From the human T2T-CHM13v2.0 reference genome, Homo sapiens, in the NCBI RefSeq assembly GCF_009914755.1, contig NC_060928.1: a stretch of 64,000 nucleotides of DNA. One strand, written 5' to 3'. Positions 54,981-64,000 of this stretch are shown one piece after another. Below the pieces are notes generated by a model. The model saw only the letters and a list, made by a program, of their open reading frames with translations, made no database searches and was not told the DNA's origin. Within the stretch, counting starts at the first letter, position 1; every line of letters begins with the position of its first letter. Position numbers and translations under genes: made by a program.

Positions 54981-55309
54981 AGTTATCAACTGTGTCAGCT
55001 TGAGTAAAAATTAATTATTCAAATGGATTTTTTTCAACTGAATTCAAGAAAATGTTATGTATATCCTTCCATCAGGGACTTTTACTCTTTTTTTTTGGAG
55101 CGGGGGGGTACTATGGTCCACTTTCAGAATCTGATGAAAATGGAAAGAACCTCTTTGTAGAAAAATTAGATATTTGCATTGATGCATTTATATATATTCA
55201 CACACTCAAATGCACAAAATATTGCATATTAATTTCAGGAACATCACAGATTCTCAGAGCCATTAACTCAGGGTTAAGAACCCCTGTTTCATGTACTTGC
55301 AATTGAGTT

Positions 55310-56120
55310 AAGACACTGAAGGTCTGAAGCAAGGAAGACAGGGTTCCATGTACAAGGATATGAAACAAAATGGTATGACTGGGGGAGAAATAACAGTTCG
55401 ATAACCCTGAAACACAAACAAATGGGAAGTGAGAAGACAAATGGTGGGCAAAAGCAGGGCATTAAAGGCCATATATGTCATGTTAAGGAATTTAAGCATT
55501 TATTACAGGATGCTGTAGCCCCCAGTTTCTTATTATAAGCCAAAAACATTTGCAAAGAATCATCTAGGATCATTTACTGAATTAAAACGGGCCCAGGAAT
55601 ATGCATTTCAAGATCACTGCTCAGCTAACACTGGAGTATATAAAATTTTAGAACCCTTCAGGGGGCCTGAGGGAGGAAGTGCCACAGGTAGTAAGAACAA
55701 CAGCCCAAGGGTTCTGAGTGGGGCTGGGGATGACGATCAGATTTTCATTTTAGGTGCAGCCGCCTGCAGGCTTCAGAGTACAGGTTTAATGAGGCCAGAC
55801 TGAAAGATGGAGACTAGTTAAATCAGCTTGCAGAGAGATTCTGTGCCATGTACTAAAGTGGAAGTTGTCCTCAGGACAGATGTGGAGGATTCTTAAGGAC
55901 TGAAAATTAACAGACTCCATTACTGAGAAGTACAAAGAGGGAATCAATGATGACCGGGTTTTCTGGCTTGAGAGACTAGCCTGATGGCAGTATTACTATT
56001 AAAATGGGTATAAAATGCAGATTTAAGAGGCAAAATAGAGTACAGATTTGGATTTTGAGATATGTAAGGAACATCTGGTGGAGATAAACACGTGTCTGGA
56101 ATTTGGTGGAGGTGTCAGTG
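55310..56120 (-). mobile_element. L2 fragments with a nested MER5-like element (~55515-55640)
   Basis: gtcatgttaaggaattt, ggaatcaatgatgac..ttttctggcttgag; gggcccaggaatatgcattt. Confidence 0.55.
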
Positions 56121-56599
56121 CATGCAAGGCTTCAGATGCCTATTTTGTCAGGTATTTTCTCCTAGGACGGCTCTCTCTGAAGACACCACAATCTCCTCTG
56201 TGGGCAGCAAACTGCAGGCATTCTGGGAGCACACTTGGGAGGCGGTGGGGGCCTCACCAGTTACTTAGTCCCCCTGTGCTCAGTCAGGATCTCCTCCACC
56301 TTCCATTTGCCTGAGCTCCAAGTCTGGAGCTGCTCTGGCTCAGTTCTCCTTGTGCCTCTCAAAGCCTCGAGGACTCAGCTTTTCTCTTGCCACCATTCTC
56401 CCTGCCCACATTGTCTTCCCTGGCTCTACCATGTCAGCCTCCACCCTTCCGTCGCCTGTTTATCCTCACTTAGGGTGATATCAGGTTCTACTTCCGTCCT
56501 AGAGTTTCATAAGTACATTTCTGCACTTTTGTCTTCAGCCTCATTGTTACTTGGAAGCCAGTTTCTCAAAAAGAGAGGGCGAGGAAGAAAAGACTTAGC

Positions 56600-58720
56600 T
56601 ATCTTAAATGTAATTAGCATTGCTCTTGTAATAACACAGACATTTATTTCATTGACCCAGCAGTTCCATTTCTAGGAACCTATCCCAAAGAAATTCTCAT
56701 TTTAAGTGCACAAAGATGTATGTACATTGATTTTTTTCATCATTATTTGGAAAAGAAAATTTTGAAAAATTGAGGCAAATATAATAATCACTAAAAATAG
56801 AGTGGTTGAATAAGTTATGGAGCATTCATACCATGTAATACTACATGGCTGGCAAAAAGAATCAGGTGAACCTAAAAACTCAAGCTAATAATCTTTTGTA
56901 ACATTGTAAACTATTATACAAAATCATAATATTTCATAATATTTTATAAAAAATATTCTTGCCTATAACTTAATTCATTAATATCTCCACCAATAAAACA
57001 CTTAGCCACAGGAGAAGAAGCAACTTGTGCCCAGAAATACCAACTTAAGTAGGAAAACAATGAAAAATTTGAAGCACTGGGGACAAGTGAGTACAATCAG
57101 AATTCAGCTGCTGAAAGCTAGAAAACTGAAAAATAGTGGAAAAAACAAAAATACTGTTTTAGATAATTGAGATATGAAGACACAATTAAATCAAGAAAAA
57201 GTCCAAGTTTATACTGAACATCTGCAGATATTGCCCTCCAGATAGCAAACCATACTAAAATATTCTACTAATTGAGACAATTTGGTATCATGAAGAAATT
57301 AAAAAACAAGTCAATAGAATAGAGACCAGAAGCATACCCACACATACATGGGAATTTTAGTTATAAAATTTATAATAAAATTGATATTTAAAATGAAGGG
57401 AGGACATGGACTATTCAATAAATGGTATAAGACAATCAACTGTTTGTAAGGAAAAAATAAATTTAGATCCCAGTTCCACAACTAGGGCTGCAACATTGAA
57501 TACAGCATTTACAAACTACAGATGGATTAAAGAACTAAATTTGTGTGTGCATTTGTTAGGGGGAAATTCAGAAGGATATTTTTATAATTTTAGAAAGTAA
57601 AAGGCCTCCCTAAGCAAGCTGTAAAGAAGAAACGTCCTAAAGCATAAACTGACAGTTTTTAGCTCATAAAAATTAAAAGCCTGTTTATAACAAAGACTAA
57701 AAACTGAGTCCGGGACAAGTGACTGACAGAGAGAAAACATCTGTAGCATATTCTACAAAAGCTGAAGATCTATAATATATAAAAATTACTTGACCTTTTA
57801 TTAAAGAAAGCCAAACAGCCCAGTAGAAAATAACACAAAAAATGAATAGGCAATTCCCAGAAGAAACAGCAATGACCAACAAACTTACGAGATGAAACCA
57901 CCTCACCGATTATTAGGGAACTACAAAGTTTTAGAATAAAATATCAGGGGGTGGGTATTATTGTGGTAAGAACACTTAGGATGACATCTACCCTCTTAAC
58001 AAATTTATATGTGCACAATACAGTATTGCTAACTACAGGCACAATGCTGTACAGCAGATCTCTGGAAGTTATTCGTCTTGCATAACTGAAACTTATCTAT
58101 TGAACAGCAACTCCTTTTTATCATTTTTTATCTCTCAGATTGGCAACAGTTAAAAAAATTAAGTATGTGTGAGAAATGCAAGAAACAGGCATTTTTGTAC
58201 ACTTTTGAAATGAGTATAAATTAATGAAATCTTTTTGAAAGGCAATGTCAGGAATAAAATTCAAGAATTTAACATCCAGTTTGGCACGGGCATTAGCTCT
58301 TCCGAACAGATGTCAGATACCACCGGTTGTTAAGGTCCTGCCAACACACTGTCCCCAGTATGCACCAGCTGAATATCAACTCCAGCAGAATTTATCCAGT
58401 CTTAAATCATGTGTGCTCTTTGACTGGGCAATTCCATTTCTAGGAATCTATCCAAAAGAAATTCTCTTTTAAGTACATAAAAGATGCACACACATTTATG
58501 TTAATTTTGTCATTGTTTTGAAATGCTAAAAAAGAAAAAAAAATAGAAACATCCTAATGATCACAAAAAAGGGAGTGGTTAAATAAATTATGACACATTC
58601 ATGCCATGGAACACTATACAGTCAGTGAAAAAAAAATAGAGGTGACCCTAAATAGGCCAATACAGAAAAATACGGCATGATATTAAGAAAAAAACAACAG
58701 CAAGTTGCAAATCACAGACC
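56600..58720 (+). mobile_element. Old L1M fragments (nested antisense L1MA-type end ~57950-58120)
   Basis: ttgacccagcagttccatttctagga, ctattcaataaatggta; agcagatctctggaagttattc. Confidence 0.65.
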
Positions 58721-58761
58721 AAAATTTACATATTTAATCCCATGTATTTTTAAAATATTCA

Positions 58762-59218
58762 TGTCATGATAGTTAATTTTATCGTTAATGTGACTGAATT
58801 ACAGGATGTCCAGGTATCTGGTTAAACATAATTGCTGGGTGTGTCTGTGAGAGTGTTTTCAAAAGAGATTAGCATTTAAATCTGTAGACTGAGTAAAGAG
58901 GATTACTCTGCGCAATGTGGATGGGCATCATCCAATGCATTGAGGCTCTGGATAGAAAAAAATGGTAGAGGAAGGGATGATTGGCACTCCCTCTCTGCCT
59001 AAATGCTTGAGCTGGAACATCGATCTCCTCTTGCCCTTGATACTCCTGGCTCTCACATCTTCAGACATGAACTGAAATCTACATTATTGGCTCTCCAGGT
59101 CTCAAATCTTCAGACTACACCACTGGCCTTCCTGGGTCTTCAGCTTGCAGACAGCAGATCATGGGAGCCCTCAACCTCCATAATTACATGAGCCAATACC
59201 TTATAAATTGCTTTAGTG

Positions 59219-59261
<43 letters not shown>

Positions 59262-59740
59262 ATCAGCTGAGAGGGATACATTCTGAGAAGTGCATCATTA
59301 GGTGGTTTTGCCATTGTATGAACAGCATAGAGTGTATTTATATAAACCTAGATGATATAGCCTACTACGTACTATTCACGACAGTAACATTTGTACAGAT
59401 TTGGAACCTAGGAGCAATAGCCCACAGCATATAGCCTAGGCTATTGCTCCTAGGCTCCAAATCTGTACAAACGTTACTGTGCTGAATAGTGTAAGGAAAT
59501 AGTAACATAGCATTTATGTGATAGGAAATTTCAGCTTCATTATAATCTTATGGTACCACTGTTGTATATGTGGTCCATTGTTGAACAAAACATCATGACT
59601 GTTTTTTAAATACACAAACACACACACATACACATATATATATGCATATACACACATACACATATATAGACAGACACATATATATGTGTGTGTATATATA
59701 TTTTTATTGGTTCTGTTTTTCTGGAGAACTCTAATAGACA
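58762..59740 (+). mobile_element. MLT2 (ERVL) LTR interrupted by (CA)n and a Tigger3-type element
   Basis: ctgggtgtgtctgtgagagtgtttt..gagattagcattt ... attggttctgtttttctggagaactctaata. Confidence 0.8.
59258..59600 (-). mobile_element. Tigger3-type (Golem) non-autonomous element
   Basis: gggatacattctgagaagtgcatcattagg ... attataatcttatggtaccactgttgtatatgtggtcc..catgactg. Confidence 0.75.
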
Positions 59741-59949
59741 TTTATTTGTATGCATAAGTTTTCATATAACAATGTGTATGAATCCATATTCATAAATAGA
59801 AAAGAGGATGCAAGAATCTGTAACACTAGTTATAGGAGTTATAGTTAGGAAAGAATATGGAATAGAAGGGTGGAAAGCAGAAGAGAGGCTTAGCATTTTG
59901 TTTTGCATACTCTTCATTGTATATATCATCTACAATGAGAAGACATATA

Positions 59950-61644
<1,695 letters not shown>

Positions 61645-61645
<1 letters not shown>

Positions 61646-64000
61646 TCTTTTTTTTCTCATCTTTTATTTTTAAGTTCAGGGGTACACGTGCAGGATGTGC
61701 AGGTCTGTTACACAAGTAAATATGTGCCATGGTGGTTTGCTGCACAGATCATTTTATTACCTAAGTATTAAGCCCAGCATCCATTAGCTATTCTTCCTGA
61801 TGATCTCCCACCCCTACCCCACCAACAGGCCCCAGTGTGTGTTGTTCCTGCTCATGTGTCCATGTGTTCTCATCATTCAGCTCCCACTTATAAGTAAGAA
61901 CATGCAGTGCTTCGTTTTCTGTTCCTGCATTAGTTTGTTGAGGATAAGGCCTTCCAACTCCATTCATGTCCCTACAAAGGACATGATCTCCTTCCTTTTT
62001 ATGGCTGAATAGTATTCCATGATATATTTGTACCCCATTTTCTTTATCCAGTCTATCACTGATGGGCATATAGGTTGATCCCATTTCTTTGCTATTGTGA
62101 ATAGTGCTGTAATGAACATACTATGCATGTATCTTTATAATAGAATGATTTCTATTCCTTAGGGTATATACCCAGTAATAACATTGTTGGGGCAAATGGT
62201 ATTTCTGCCTCTAGGTTTTTGAAGAATTTTCTCCACAATGGTTGCACTAATTCACACTCCCACCAACAGCGTAAAAGCATTCTTGTCTCTCCATAACCTT
62301 GCCAGCATCTGTTGTTTTTTGACTTTTTAATAATAGCCATCCTGACTGGTGTGAGATGGTATCTCATTGTAGTTTTGATTTGCATTTCTCTAATGATCAG
62401 TAATGTTGAGCTTTTTTTCATGTTTGTTGGCCGCATGTATGTCTTCTTTTGAGAAATGTCTGTTCATGGCCTCTGCCCACTTTGTAATGGGGTTGTTTCT
62501 CTCTTGTAAATTTGTTTAAGTTCCTTACAGACTCTGAATATTAGACCTTTGTCTGATGGATAGATTGCAAAAATGTTCTCCCATTCTGTAGGTCATCTGT
62601 TCACTCTGATGATTGTTTCTTTTGCTGTGCAGAAGCTCTGTAGTTTAAATAGATCCCATTTGTTAATTTCTGCTTTTGTTACACTTGAAATCTTTGCCTG
62701 TGCCTATGTCCTGAATGGTATTGCCTAGATTTTCTTCTAGGGTTTTTATAGTTTAGGGTTTTGGGCTTAAGTCTTTAATCCATCTTGAGTCAATTTTTGT
62801 ATATGGCATAAGGAAGGGGTCCAGTTTCAATCTTCTGCATTTGGCTAACCAGCTCTCCCAGCACCATTTATTAAATAGGGAATCCTTTCCCCATTGCTTG
62901 TTTTTGTCCAGTTTGTCAAAGATCAGATGGTTGTAGGTGTGTTGTCTTATTTCTGAGTTCTGTATTCTGTTCTATTGGTCTATATTTCTGTTTTTGTACT
63001 AGCACCATGCTGTTTTGGTTACTATTGCCTTATAGTATCATTTGAAGTCAGGTAGCATGATGCCTCCAGCTTTGTTCTTTGTGCTTAGAATTGTCTTGGC
63101 TATTTGGACTCTTTTTTAATTCCACATGAATTTTAAAACAGTTTTTCCTGATTTTATGAGGAATATCAATAGTAGTATAATGGCAATAGCATTCAATCTA
63201 TAAATTACTTTGGGCAGTATGGCCATTTTCATGATATTGATTCTTCCTATTCATGAGCATGGAATGTTTCTCCATTTGTTTGTGTCCTCTCTGATTTCTT
63301 TGAGCAGTGTTTTGTAGTTCTCCTTGAAGATGTCCTTCACTTCCCTTGTCAGCTGTGTTCCTAGGTATCTTATTTTGGTAGCATTTATGAATGGGAGTTC
63401 TTTCATGATTTGGCCCTCTACTTGCCTGTTGTTGGTGTGTAGGAATGCTAGCGATTTTTGCACATTGATTTTATATCCTGAGACTTTGCTAAAGTTGCTT
63501 ATCAGTTTAAGAAGCTTTTGGGCTGAGACAATGGTGTTTTCTAGATATAAGATCACGTCATCATCAAACAAAGATAATTTGACTTTCTCTCTTCCTATTT
63601 GGATACGCTTTATTTCTTTCTCTTGCCTGATTGCCTTGGCCAGAACTTCCAATACTATGTTGAAAAGGAGTGGTGAAAGAGGACATCCTTGTCTTGTACT
63701 GGTTTTCAAGGGGAATACTTCCAGCTTTTGCCCATTCAGTATGATGTTGGTTGTGGGTTTGTCATATATAGCTCTTATTATTTTGAGGTATGTTCCTTCA
63801 ATACCTAGTTTATTGAGAGTTTTTAACATGAAGGGATGTTGAATTTTATGTAAGGCTTTTTCTGCATCTATTGAGATAATCATGTGGTTTTTGTTGTTAG
63901 TTCTGTTTATGTGATGAATCACTTTTATTGATTTGTGTATGTTAAACCAATCTTGCATCCTGATGATGAAGCCAACTTGATTGTGGTGGATAAGCTTCTT
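61645..64000 (-). mobile_element. L1PA 3' half (ORF2 RT to 3' UTR), runs off the window
   Basis: ORF 63251-63958 encodes L1 RT motifs ([22 protein letters not shown]). Confidence 0.95.

Overview
Primate (very likely human) AT-rich, repeat-dense genomic DNA (Alu, L1PA/L1M, L2, MIR, MaLR/ERVL/ERV1 LTRs, Tigger and hAT transposons). I see no intact protein-coding gene, RNA gene or CRISPR array, and most ORF-track entries are repeat-derived or chance. Reading the unique sequence between the repeats suggests two decayed multi-exon genes. (1) On the minus strand, ~690-22773, about 20 exon remnants translate, in the right order from N- to C-terminus and through many stops and frameshifts, into a protein resembling GREB1/GREB1L, including the helicase-like region and the C-terminal TAGT glycosyltransferase region. 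This looks like an unprocessed pseudogene of a third GREB1-family paralog, and one coding exon is split by an old L1 with an 11-bp target-site duplication. (2) On the plus strand, ~1669-54770, a chain of partly phase-compatible exon remnants encodes a protein I cannot name, with hints of J-domain and FYVE-like motifs. Its first exons interleave with the minus-strand gene. All GREB1 comparisons use sequences recalled from memory and need confirmation by alignment; repeat subfamily names and many boundaries are approximate.
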